From: Callorhinchus milii
Taxonomy: Eukaryota
Length of the DNA stretch: 64,000 nucleotides
Direction of reading: 5' to 3'
Assembly: GCF_018977255.1 (NCBI RefSeq)
Contig: NW_024704742.1
Span: forward strand, 124,312,001-124,376,000
A model generated the notes under the pieces. The model made no database searches. It was not told where the DNA came from and saw only the letters and a program-made list of their open reading frames with translations. The position numbers and the translations under genes are program-made. This document shows positions 39,420-51,059 of this stretch, one piece after another. Positions within the stretch are counted from its first letter, which is position 1, and the number at the start of each line of letters is the position of its first letter.

Positions 39420-40225
39420 AAGATGGGGGGGTGCAGCGGAGGTTTATGAGAACAATTCCAGGGGTGACCGCCTATAGTTATGAGGAGAAATTGGAGAAGC
39501 TGTTTTCATTGGAGTAGAGAAGGTGGATGTGGAACCTGATTTGAGGTGCACAAAACCATGAGGGGTTTTGTAAGGGAAGTAGAGAGGCTTTATTTCCACT
39601 GATAGGGGAGTCATTAAATAGGGGACATAGAGATAAGATAGCAGCAAGAAGAACAAAAGGAGAACTTAGGAGGGTTTTTTTCATCAAGAGAGTACTTGGG
39701 ATGTGGACTACCCTGCCAAGTAGGGTGGTAGAGGCAAATTCTATTGTAGCTTTCAAGAGGGTAGTAGACAGGCATGTGAAAAATAATAATAATAATAATC
39801 CTTGCATTTGATATAGCGCTTTTCACATCGGGAGGACGTCCCAAAGCGCTTCACAGAATATACTGTAAAGTGAATTGACTGTATATTTGTGGGCGAACGC
39901 GGCAGCCAATTGCGCACAGCAATGTCCCACAAACAGTCGTAGATTGAAAATGACCTATTTATTATTGTTTTGGGTTTTTTGGAGGGATTATTATTAGGCT
40001 CTGTGTGGAGTAAGGAAACTTGCCCAAGGTTTCGCCCTGACTGGAATTGAACTCAGGTCTCTCACTTGCAAAGCGAGTGCTCTAACCACTGAGCTACAGG
40101 ACTCAGAGAGCCATGAAGGGATATGGGGATCAAGCAGGGGGGTGGGATTAAAGAAATCTCCTAACTCTGTGAGCTGGAAGAGGGTTGATGGGCCGAATGG
40201 TCTGCTTCTGCACTGTAGATTTCCA
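39420..40225 (+). mobile_element. Degraded CR1 3' fragment split by a SINE (CR1 parts ~39420-39780 and ~40105-40225)
   Basis: GVQRRFMRTIPG...YSYEEKLEKLFSLE, with a CR1-type end GATGGGCCGAATGGTCTGCTTCTGCACTGTAGATT. Confidence 0.8.
39781..40104 (-). mobile_element. Young full-length short-form tRNA-headed SINE
   Basis: Reverse complement begins GAGTCCTGTAGCTCAGTGGTTAGAGCACTCGCTTTGCAAGTGAGAGACCTGAGTTCAATTCC (A and B boxes), followed by the Deu-type body and L2-like tail. Confidence 0.93.
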
Positions 40226-40689
40226 CGTTTAAGCTGCGTTGGCGTGAAACACTTACACAAGCAGTTCGAATGAAGAAAAATTTGACCTCATCCTTGCAGA
40301 ATATACCACTCTCCCAATTATCCTCCTATTACCAACGTCCTGGTCTCAATCATCCATTCTGGTAACCCGTTCCAGTCATTATTTACCCTCTAGTGAAGAA
40401 ATTCTTCTGCTGACTGTCCTGAAGTTGCCTTTTTGCTTTCCTAAGTCAAAGATTTACAAAGAATCTACAGCACAGAAACGGTCTGGCCTGGTCTTCACCC
40501 ACTCATTATTTTCAGCAATATCCCACGGACAGCCATGGAATGAGTAACCAATTTTATTTAGGGATTGTTTGCCAGGACAATGGGTGAAACTTCCTTCTAT
40601 TTCAAATAGTGCCATGGGATTTTAATGTCCATCTGAACAGGCAGAAGGGACCTAAAAGCTGGCATCTCTGTCAATGCAGCATTAGCCCA

Positions 40690-41170
40690 ACAGCAAATTG
40701 CATTTATGTAGCAACTTTCACGACAGGAGGAAGTCCCAGGGTGCTGAACAGTTGAGAGTTTGCAGAAGCTGTACATTGGATTCGGGGGGGAGAGGGGCCA
40801 AGAGTGGGGAGGGGGGAAGATGACCAAACGTACAGTCAAAGAGGAAGGTCTTGAGGCATATCTTGAAGTCGGGTGGGCAGTGTGGGGGATTGTAAAGCAA
40901 GGCAGTGCCTGCCGAATGGAGGGAGCGAGCATGTTGGCAGGATTTAAGAAGGTCACAGTGGTAGGGTGGGGCAAGACTGTGAGGGGATCTAAAAGTGAGG
41001 ACGAGGATCTTGAAATGAATCCTTTGGGGGCCAGGGAGCCAGTGGAGCCAGGTAAGGATGGGCTGACAGGCTCACAGAGCTGAGTGCAGGAGAGGACACA
41101 GGCTGCAGAGTTCTGGTTGTTCAGCAGCTTGTGAAGGGAAGAATTGAGAAGTCTGGCGAGCAGAAAGTTG
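40690..41170 (-). mobile_element. Old L2 3' fragment
   Basis: Minus-strand FKICLKTFLFD; the + strand shows GAGGACGAGGATCTTGAAATGAATCC...GGGAGCCAGTGGAG. The tail lies near 40690-40750. Confidence 0.78.
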
Positions 41171-41289
41171 GCCTGACTTACATGGGCAAAGCTCTGGAAT
41201 TGTTCATTATTTAATGTGATGTGAAGCAGGAATTATAAAGCAGACCTTTCCCACTCCACATCTGTCTACTGCTGCTCCAGTGCTGGATT

Positions 41290-41597
41290 GTTGGAGGTGC
41301 CTTGTTTCAGATGAAAAGCTAAACCAAGGTCCTGTCTACCTGTTCAGATTGACGTAAAAAGTCTTATGGCACAACTTGAAAAGAGAGCAGAGTTTTCCCT
41401 GTTTTCTGGCCAACAATCCCGCAGATAAAATTGATCAGAGATTTCATGGCTATTTGTGGGACGTTGTTGAGAGTAAATTGTCTGAGAGACTACAAAATGC
41501 ACAGTCACTATACATTACACTAAATTTTGTGAAGTACTTTTGAGACAACCTCCTGATGTGAAAGGCACTATATCAAATGCAAATGCATTATTATTGA
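41290..41597 (+). mobile_element. Older DeuSINE (SacSINE1/AmnSINE1-like) fragment
   Basis: TTGGAGGTGCCTTGTTTCAGATGAAAAGCTAAACCAAGGTCCTGTCTACCTGTTCAG and CTGGCCAACAATCC resemble the Deu domain; L2-like tail. Confidence 0.75.
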
Positions 41598-42249
41598 TGG
41601 AAACAAAAAAAGTTGCATATAAACCATTAGACAGTGGCATATTGCATTTGAATTTTATCAATTAAGTAAAACCCACTCACTTTTGTGGCACTCCCTGGCA
41701 ATGTATTCTGCAAACCTATGTAAGAAATAAAAAGCTCTCAGTGACTCACTTATTACCTGAATTTTATGTCCAATGGTCTAGAATGTGTAGTCATTTTGCC
41801 TTTACCTAAGAATTGTTATATAAATTTTATACTAAAAGAGATAATCTGTTTTATTCCTGCTAACATCAATAAAATGTACTTTTTTGGGGGAGGGGGGCAT
41901 TTTTTTCTGACAGAAATACATGCCTAATATGGCATTTAGAATAAATGTTTGCTGACTAATGAGGTAAGAATATGTATTCAGTGCTGAATTGGTTTGGGCA
42001 AGAATATGCATGACTGATGCAGCCATTTATATATGCTACATAAGAAGATAGGAAAAATAAGGTTAATTTAGGTCATCCAGATCATGCTATTATTTAGCCT
42101 GTTTTTTATTAAGTTCTAACTTTTTAAAAAAAAAACATTCTTTCTCATCTGCATAGCATATGTCTTGGGTTCTCCTCTCTACTGTAATCAATCCAAACTT
42201 TCAATGCTTCGACATATACATAGTACACCAAACGCTGTTTTAAAATGAT

Positions 42250-42565
42250 TAATAATAATAATAATCCATGCATTTGATATAGCGCTTTTCACGTCCTCTA
42301 GACGTCTCAAAGCGCTGCACAGAATATACTGTAAAGTGAATTGACTGTATACATGTGGGCGAAACGCGGCAGCCAATTGCGCACAGCAGTGTCCCACAAA
42401 CATTCGTAGATTGAAGTGACCAATTTATTTTCTTTTTTTCTTGAGGGATTATTATCAGGCGTGTGGAGTAAGGAAACTTGCTCAAGGTTTCGTCCTGCTG
42501 GGAATCGAACTAAGGTCTCTTGCTTGAGAGGCGAGTGCTCTAACCACTGAGCTACAGGACTCCAC
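42250..42565 (-). mobile_element. Full-length short-form SINE
   Basis: Head reverse complement GTGGAGTCCTGTAGCTCAGTGGTTAGAGCAC...TTCGATTCCC; body and (TTA)n tail present. Confidence 0.92.
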
Positions 42566-42602
42566 TTTTAATTGGGTTCCACAGTAGCTCACCCAAGAAG
42601 CT

Positions 42603-42972
42603 GTGGTGTCCTGTAGCATAGTGGTTAGAGCACTTGTCTCGCAAGCAAGAGCACCTGGGTTTGATTCCTGGGAGGGCGAAACATTGGGTGCCTTACTCCA
42701 TACGCCTCTGTTTACCTAGCAGTAAGTAGGAATCCGGTTGTTTGTTGATTGGTGGATTGCTTTTCTGGGGGTAATAATCCCCTAAAAAAATAATAGGGCG
42801 CTATATAAATCCAAGTTGTTGTTGTTGTTTGTGGGACATTGCTGTGCGCAATTGGCTGCGTGTTTCGCTCACAAATTATGCAGTCAATTCACTTTAGTCT
42901 ATTCTATGAAGCGCTTTGAGATGAATCAAAGGCGTGATAAGGCACTATATCAAATGCAAGATTATTATTATT
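42603..42972 (+). mobile_element. Full-length long-form SINE with an internal L2-tail insert (~42795-42828)
   Basis: Head GTGGTGTCCTGTAGCATAGTGGTTAGAGCAC; insert GGGCGCTATATAAATCCAAG(TTG)n; (TTA)n tail. Confidence 0.88.
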
Positions 42973-43263
42973 CTAAGCATTTCAAATGCTCATGAGAACA
43001 GTCGGGGCTGACCATCTGACTCCTGCATACTGTACACTGTGCTCATATGCACAAAATCTGCCAGTCAGTCCCAGTGGCCAGAAGTGTACCGCACTTCTGC
43101 TATAGAGCAGGTCATTAATCTACATTATAAACAGAATCCCACGATAACGAGTAGTGTTATAATTAAGTCAGACTGTATAGTTAAACCATCGACTGAGGAA
43201 AATTGTTCACTGGATTTATGATCACCACTCACTTCTCCATCCCCACTGCAGGGAAAGGAAAAA

Positions 43264-43308
43264 CAACCTGAAGGCTCATTTGGCGAGATGAAATGAGCCT
43301 TCAGGTTG
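43264..43308. repeat. Perfect 18-bp inverted repeat with 9-nt loop
   Basis: CAACCTGAAGGCTCATTT-GGCGAGATG-AAATGAGCCTTCAGGTTG. Confidence 0.9.
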
Positions 43309-43699
43309 CCAAATCTACATGGGGAACAGTCTGTTGAAAACCTAGTTAACAGGAATTGGAAGGAATTTCAAATGGGGAGGATTAAAGTTCATGTACTTTT
43401 CATTTCCAAATAACATTTGTTTTGGTTCTAAAATGTATGGAGAGAGTTGAGGTTTAAGGAAGGTAAGACCCCAATTTAAACTGGTTTAGCTCCATAGATA
43501 GGCACAAATGCCATATGGATAAGACAGACATGTCAGGAGTGGCATGTCGCATTTGACTTTTGTCAAGCAGTCTGTTTTTGGCTTTGGGCAATGTATTAAA
43601 TAGACGAAGACTTGCTTCTTCAAAAGATTAATCACACATTTTACAAGATCTGATTTACCCATTGCGAATGTGTTAATGTTCAGATAACACACTCATTTT

Positions 43700-43960
43700 A
43701 TAATAATAAATATAACAATCCTTGTATTTGATATAGCGCCTTATCTGTCATTGAGATGTCTCAAAGCACTTCACAGAGTATACTGTAAAGTGAATTGACT
43801 GTATATTGTATGGGTGAAACGCGGCAGGCAATTGCACACAGCAGTATCCCACAAACAGTCGTGAATTGAGTGACCAATTTTTTTTAAAGAGATTATTACC
43901 CCCAGAGATCGACCCACCAATTAACTGACAACCGGGTTCCTACTTAGTGCTAGATAAACT
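43700..43960 (-). mobile_element. Long-form SINE lacking its head
   Basis: Reverse-complement tail, Deu-type body and CAACCGGGTTCCTACTTAGTGCTAG. Confidence 0.85.
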
Positions 43961-45214
43961 TTTTGTACTTATGCTAAAAATAAAATTTGGTACACATCCC
44001 AGACTGTGCCTATAAGTGTGAATGGCTGATTAGGATATGATTTGTGAGGATATTACCATTGTGTCTGTGTATGTGTACTTGGCACAGGGGAAATAGGTAT
44101 AAGTGACATGGAGTTGATGGGTATATTATTGGGGATTATCCTGTCATGCAATATGCATTTTGAAAGGGATTAAATACCACAGTTGATGTCTCTAAAGTTG
44201 GCTTAAAGCTACATATTAATGCCAGCAACAAACATATTTTAATTGAAACAGCTGAAGCCCGCCCTCCAGCATCAAGATGCTGAGTTACATGGTGGGCCCC
44301 TTTTGCATTATTTTTATCTGACGAATTGCCACATCAGGTCATTCCCAATATCATTTACCCTTGACAAATGTGGAATTTTGCCTGAAACACGAAAACCATA
44401 ATAGAAAACATGTTGTTCCATTACATAAACTAAATGAGGTTTGAAGCGTCTCAGACGGCATCTTGCCCATATTGTGTAACTAAGTCCAGAAAATCATTTG
44501 ATATGAGCATCAATTAGACAAGCAGCAGATGAACAGTTTAACGATGCTGGGTTCTCATCTTACATCTACCATTAGATCTTGCACTATGACTCAAAGTGAG
44601 AGAATCTCTCTGACCCTCATTATATAGCACTTAAAACTTGCTCGTCCTCACAATGCTCAATGAAATTTAGTGAGTATAATTTTCATTACATTAATGTTAA
44701 TTGATATAGTTTTGCACTGGTCTTATGTTTTCTCCATTACACTTCCAGTGTTGGATTAGTTTCCTTCATGCGATTGACAAAATTAAGTGTTCCTTGTAAC
44801 CCTTAAGGAATGTTTGTTGGGCTTCAAGAGAACGTGTGTCATATGATGTGGTGAAATCAAGAATTTTTATAGGGCTTTGAACAGCCATTTAATTGAAAAA
44901 TATCTCTGACTAAGATGGATAATCTAAATACAGAATTCCTCCTGAATTAGACTGGTTAAGACGGAAGTGTCTGAATTTCTAAAGCATTAAACCTTAAACT
45001 GCTATCAGGTTACTAGACACTCATATCTCCTTTTCCCAAAAGAAAATATGTTATACATTTTGGCTTGCACACTTATGTTGATGAAAACTTAACATTCAAG
45101 TTAAAAAAAAAGCTGATATTGACTGCTTTATTTCTATAATATTAACCTTAATCCATTCATTAAATATGAAAATTTAAATTAAAACATTTAAAAAATATAA
45201 CTGTTCTTTGTAAC

Positions 45215-45380
45215 CTGGCTCAGTTGGTAGCACTCTCATTTCTGAGTCAGAAGATTGTGGAATGAAGCCCCACAATGAGACTTGGAAATCACTTAATCTA
45301 GGCTGGCACTTCATTTCAATGCTGGGGGACCACTGCACTGTCCGAGATGCTGTTCTTTGGATGAGACATTAAACCAAGTG
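45215..45380 (+). mobile_element. Older DeuSINE 5' fragment
   Basis: CTGGCTCAGTTGGTAGCACTCTCATTTCTGAGTCAGAAG...TTGGATGAGACATTAAACCAAG, homologous to the copy at 48685. Confidence 0.75.
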
Positions 45381-45419
45381 TTTATCTGTTTTTTAAGATA
45401 ATTTTCTAAACGATGTTTA

Positions 45420-46002
45420 TGATTCATCACATCAAGGCTCGATTATGGAAACTCCCTCCTAATCGGCCTTCCCAACTCTTCCCTCACAAGCTGCAGATCA
45501 TCCAAAACTCTGCAGCTCGTGTACTTTCGCGCACCAGACTCCGTGATCCCATCACTCCCTCCCTTGCCCGACTCCATTGACTCCCCATCCCCCAGAGGAT
45601 CGAATTCAAGATCCTCGTCCTCACTTTCAAGGCCATCCATGGCTTTCTGACCTGCTGACTCCCTACCAATCTGCCCGCTCCCTCCGTTCAGCAGGCTCCA
45701 GCCTGCTCCATGTCTCCCGCCCTACCATCGGCTGCCGGGATTTCAGCCTCTCTGCCCCCACACTCTGGAACTCCATCCACAGTCCCTTCGCCTTGCTTCC
45801 TCCCTTGCCTCCTTCAAGGCCAGGCTCAAGACCCTGCTCTTTGATGGTGCCTTCATTCACCCTTCCACCTCTCTGCCTTCCCTCACCCCTACACCACCCC
45901 TCCCCCAAGGTTGGGTCCTGACCCCTGACTATCCAGCACCTTGGGACGTCCTCCCCACGTGAAAGGCGCTCTATAAATGTTATTTTATTGTTGTTGTTGT
46001 TG
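45420..46002 (+). mobile_element. L2 3' fragment
   Basis: Collinear with ~5515-6122 (CTGCAGATCATCCAAAACTCTGCAGCTCGTG, CAGAGGATCGAATTCAAGATCCTC), with stem-loop and (TTG)n tail. Confidence 0.92.
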
Positions 46003-47862
46003 CTACATTTACATCAAGAAGTTCCCACCTCCAGAAGTGGAAACAACAAACATGGAGGCGTTGACTGGCTCATAAGATTTCTGCTGCTGCTCTCCATTTC
46101 TTCAGTTTTTCCATGCATATACTTTTGTGGGGTGGCTTGTGATGCGTGATGTAGTCACATAAACATATTGTAGTATGGGCAGAGCTCCATAATCTGAGGC
46201 AACAGGATGATTAGCGTACAACTGTCGGTACTTCCACTTTTACTCATCTTTGTTCAACCAGAACACCAATAATTGCAGGTCCAAACTTCAGTAACGTGCC
46301 ACAGATGTATTTGTCTTTCACTGCACCCTGTTGTTTTGCTAATTTATTATGCAACAGAAACTATTTTATTACATCCTATCTGATCATTTGGGAGCAACTT
46401 GTGTTTGCATGCTAAGCACTAATATAGAGAATCAACCTAAGGGATTGGCAAGATATTCTGGCACAAACTGCACACGAGCTGTGAATATTTACTTCTAATC
46501 TGTAAGCAATTAACTGTATTTCTACATGGTAATTTCTTTTAATGACTATCCTTGATCAGTTAGATTAATTTATGCTATTATAAAGCATTAATATCGTGAC
46601 CTGAACCATCTAACCTTTGACGAGTTTGATTTACTTTCTAACATGTATGAAAGGGAAAAGACGTTTGTCAAGCTGAGCTGACCTTTGGAAGCCAAATGAA
46701 ATTTTGCAGTCAAAGAATTTATGGTGAACATATCAGGTCACCAATTCACAAGAACAAGAAAACCAAGTTTAGACCAGTGTGATCTTAAAGGGTGATTGAG
46801 CCAACAATGTTCCACATGCAGGGAATAAGTGCACGTGGCTCATATCTTGTAAACCAAATTTGACATGTAATGGACAGATGTGAGGGAGGGAGGTTGTCAT
46901 GCTCTACTTTTTGAAGATGAGGAGACCCCTTTGTTTTTCTATTTTTGATTGAAAACCTGTTGAGCAGAACTTTTGTATTCTCATCACTTCTACCTTATTT
47001 TGTCCTTGATTCCCTTCATCAAGGAAGATGAAATCTCCTTTCTTGCGTCTAACTTTTGTCCCTGAAACAAATTTTCTGTTTTATCCCTCTGAATTATTCA
47101 TCTATCAGTGTAAAACAACTTCTGGTCTGGTGACTTGTGAAATATGTAAGGGGTGACATCCATCTTTTTGTAAAAAGACCAACTCGGATCTGCTTGAACA
47201 TATATTTCTGAAATAATGCAAATAAAATTGTACAAGCATCTCTAAATTCCATTTATGAGAATTAAAATTGATTTAGCAATAAAGAAAGCATCACACATGC
47301 AATCCTCAGAGGTCAAGTGTCAAGTCAACTATCCTGTTGAAAGTTAGAAAAGCAAGGCTCATGAATCTAGCTCTGGAATGAAGAATTCTGGAAAGCAATG
47401 GCTAAATGCAGGCAATATACAAACAATTATCAAAAAAAAGTATTCCAAAGCTGAATTTTGGACCATGTGCAGACAATTATCATACAAAACATAATGATAT
47501 AGTCTTAATGGTACAAAATGTAATGATACAGCATTACGATACAAAAGATAATGATGCAGAGTATAATGAGCAGCTGAAGCTCGGACAGTTTTGGGACCTT
47601 CCTTTATCTTTTGCATTTACACAACTGTGGGCCCTTGCTGTCATTTGTAATGCCTCATTGGTTGTTATTACATTATGAATAAAGCTTCCAAGATTAAATT
47701 TTTTCTTTAGGAATTTTTATTTCATCAAATGCAAGTATTTTATACATTTTTAAAAAAAACGTTGGTCTCTTTCAGTTGAAAAGAAATTAAAGACGACTTT
47801 AAAATGTGCACATTCATAACCGTTACAGAAAAGCTAATCAATTTGATGTCATTACTTTTTAA

Positions 47863-48000
47863 AACAACAACAAAATTGCATTTGCATGGCGCCTTTCATG
47901 TTGGGAGGACGTCCCAAGGTGCTGGACAATCATTGTTTCGGACCAGAGCTGGGGGTCGGGATCGGGGAGGGTGGAGGGCAGGGGGGAAAGGAGGGTGATT
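47863..48000 (-). mobile_element. L2 3' tail fragment
   Basis: (AAC)n...GGCGCCTTTCATGTTGGGAGGACGTCCCAAGGTGCTG followed by the G-rich complement of the 3' UTR. Confidence 0.8.
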
Positions 48001-48684
48001 GAAAACCTGTCTATCTTCCCAGAAGTCAAAGATTCTTACTGAAATGGTTTCAAGTTTTCTAACATTAAATAATGAATTGATTGATTCAGCACCTGATGAA
48101 ATGTAAAACCTGAAACTATAGTCTGAGAATGTGGGCTTACTGTACTTGTGGCACAGATAACATTCACTGCATGTGTCGGACACCTGGCTGACCAAAACAA
48201 AATGACATTCACCCAACTAAATACCCTATGCTCAATGTCAGTAGATTAAATGTGACATCACCCAGCAACAAATATTTTGTGAATCCTGAGGCTGCCAATA
48301 CATCCACACAAATTAAGTCTGCCTTACTAATAGTTATTAATAGATGGAAGGGGCCAGGGAGTAGTGTATGTTTCTGCTCATGTGTTCTCTGTTTAAATTA
48401 AAGCTCTTTGAAAAGGAAATGGATGTCTGGTGCATTCTACAAATAAAAAGTTTGAATTGAGTTAGAAAGAACTTCTTCAGTGCTCAAACATCACCCTGGG
48501 TGAAGCATACTATATAAATGCAAGTTCTTGTTTAATTTCATTTTTATAGAGCTTAATCAAGGTGAATGTATTGAAGGCATTGGCATAGCTAATATTATAG
48601 ATTGTTAAATCTAGTACAAAAATAGTCCATCTAGCTTTAATATTCCTCCTCTTCCAGTGCAAGGGTGAGTGTGAGGGTGAGCAA

Positions 48685-49126
48685 GTCTGGCTCAGTGGTA
48701 GCACTCTCGTCTCTGAGTCCAAAAGTTGTGGGTTCAAGCTCCACATCGGGACTGGAAATCACATGGTATATGTTGTCATTCCAATGCATCCTTGGAGTTG
48801 GTGGATGGGGGTTGCATTGTTGGAGGTGCTGTCCTTCAGATGAGAAGTTAAACCAAGGTCCCGTCTACCTGTTCAAGTGGACGTGAAAGATTCCATGACA
48901 CTATTCCAAAATGTGAAGGGAGTTTCTCCTGGGGTCCTGGCCAACAACCCCCCCAAACAAAATGGGTCATTAATGTTATGTCTGTTTGTGGGACATTGCT
49001 GGGCTCAAATTGGCTGCCGAATTTGTCTACAAATACAGTCATTTCACTTCACAGTAAATCCTGTGAAGCTTTGGTATGTCCTCCCGACATGAAAGGTGTT
49101 ATACCAAATGCAAGTATTATTATTAT
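48685..49126 (+). mobile_element. Near full-length older DeuSINE (SacSINE1/AmnSINE1-like body, tRNA head)
   Basis: A box TGGCTCAGTGG, B box GGTTCAAGCTCC, Deu-like TTGGAGGTGCTGTCCTTCAGATGAGAAGTTAAACCAAGGTCCCGTCTACC, and an L2-like tail. Confidence 0.85.
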
Positions 49127-49149
49127 CTATCTAATTCCTATTTACTTTT

Positions 49150-49460
49150 TGGACTCTACTTCAACTATGATTTGTAGTAAAGAATTACATTTTTCAATCA
49201 ACTTGTACGTTAAGAAAGTTTTTCTAATCTCTCTTCTATTTCTTTTAAGACCATTAACAGATTAACCCTTAACTTTTTTGAGTTCTAGTGAAAAAAAATC
49301 CCTAAGTTCCCAAGTCCCTCATAACTAGTAGCATCCTGGTGAATCCAGGCTGCCCTTCCTATAATACAGAGCCCAAAAATGTGCACAATGCTCCAACTGC
49401 GGTCAAACTAAAGACTTGAATGAGTTCACCATTAGCTTCTTACTTTTGTATTCTATGCCT
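49150..49460 (-). mobile_element. Very degraded CR1 fragment
   Basis: GCATCCTGGTGAATC and CCAAAAATGTGCACAATGCTCCAACTGCGGTC are the reverse complement of an RPQLEHCAHFW-type CR1 segment. Confidence 0.6.
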
Positions 49461-49891
49461 CTGGTTATAAAACCAATTTAATGATGATCAGGAAACCGGC
49501 ATCTATTAAAGATGTCTCTGTTTCAGCATGAAGAACGTCATTATGAAATGTTGTCTGAGGATGTGGTTTTGTTCCAATACCAGATGCAAAGTTGCATCTG
49601 GTTAAAGGAACTGAGCGTTTATCCCCCTCTCTTTCCCCACCACCCCTCAAGTTTTTCCTCTTGTTTCCTATGAATCCTCCTCCAGGAATGGGGGCGCCTG
49701 AATCATGGTCTCCACGGTTGTTCCTGCTGTTGATGGCATTTTGCCATCAGTCTGTGGGATGCACAAGTTTAGTGCAGTGAATTGTACCTTTTTTGAGAGG
49801 AGAAAGAGAGAGAGGAGTGAGAAAGAAAAACAGAAAAAAAATTAAAAAACTATTTCAGCCTTAACGGAAGGAAAGAAATATCTTGCAGTAC

Positions 49892-50150
49892 GTAGGAGCC
49901 CGTTTATTAGTCAATTAGCAGATCGCTTTTCCCGGGGTAATAATTCCTTCAAAAAATTTTTAAAAAAATAATAATAAATTGGTCACTTCAATCCACCGCT
50001 GTTTGTGGGATACTGCTGCGCACTATTGGCTGCCGAGTTTCGCTCATAAAATATACAGTCAATTCACTTTACAGTATATTCTATGAAGTGCTTTGAGATG
50101 TTTCAAAGACATGATACGGCCTATATCAAATGCAAGGATTATTATTATTA
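49892..50150 (+). mobile_element. Long-form SINE lacking its head
   Basis: GTAGGAGCCCGTTTATTAGTCAATTAGCAGATCGC, Deu-type body and (TTA)n tail. Confidence 0.85.
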
Positions 50151-50339
50151 TCTTGACACAAATAAAATACAATCGGGTAAGATTCTCTATATTGATAGTT
50201 ACACAGGATTTCAATGTGCAGATGGGTCTGAGCCATTCAGATTCTCTGGACAACTATTAGAATTTTCTGACAAGAACAGTTTTTTGCAACTTCAGTATTT
50301 TATTCAATATCAAATTCTAATTACTAACATAGGGTCAGC

Positions 50340-50670
50340 CAAGCTCAGATGGCAGCTCTGTTGCCTCTGAGTCAGAAGGTTGTTCAAGCCCCACAATGGG
50401 ACTTTGAACTCATAGTCCAGGCAGAGCTGGGGGAAGGCTGCAGTGTTCGAGGTGCCGTCCTTTGATAAAATTTGGATGGAGAAGGGAGATTCTCCTGGTG
50501 TTCCAGCTAGAAATCCCCCAAATAAAATTGGTCATTCCCTTGTGGCTGTGCTCAAATTGGCTGCTGAGTTCACCTACAAAATACACAGTCACTACAGTAC
50601 ATCTTGTGAAGTGCTTTGGGACATCCTTCCTGATGTGACAGGTGCTACACCAAATGGACTGATTGCTTAT
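50340..50670 (+). mobile_element. Older DeuSINE, internally deleted
   Basis: GCCTCTGAGTCAGAAGGTTGTTCAAGCCCCAC, GAGGTGCCGTCCTTT and the tail GTGAAGTGCTTTGGGACATCC. Confidence 0.75.
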
Positions 50671-50857
50671 TAAAAATTCAGAGCTTTACAGTAACCTACA
50701 TTGTATGGTTTAATATACAAATGGAAAAGGATTTTGATCATATTGTGAATCTACAATATAAAGTTTAGAATAAAATGAGGGACAAGATATGGTATACAGT
50801 TGTTCCATAAAATAGTTTTAACTAGTGGCTATCCTCCATGGGGGTGATGGGAGGGTG

Positions 50858-51059
50858 GTAAGCGGGATTTCCTTGGCTCCTGGGTGACATCCTTGACAAC
50901 GGTATGTCGGAATCAGGTCAATCCTCTGTGGTGGTCTCGGTAATCTGGTTACTGAGCCAGGCAGGTCCGCAGTACTCCAGATAGACCAGATAGCTGGCTC
51001 ACCGTTGGAGGCGCAGGTCACTGGAGGCAAGGATTTTTGATACTCGGCTCCTGTTAACC
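50858..51059 (+). repeat. Unclassified GC-rich interspersed repeat, copy 2 of 2
   Basis: Collinear with 19249-19502. Confidence 0.8.

Noticed and set aside
40030..40104. tRNA-like sequences with A and B boxes, also near 12500, 24800, 42520, 42620, 48700 and 61000
   Set aside because: Each continues into a SINE body and lacks a proper acceptor stem, so these are SINE heads and not tRNA genes.
49478..49556. ATGATGA...CTGA as a possible intronic C/D box snoRNA
   Set aside because: No terminal stem or recognisable rRNA/snRNA guide; such short boxes occur by chance.
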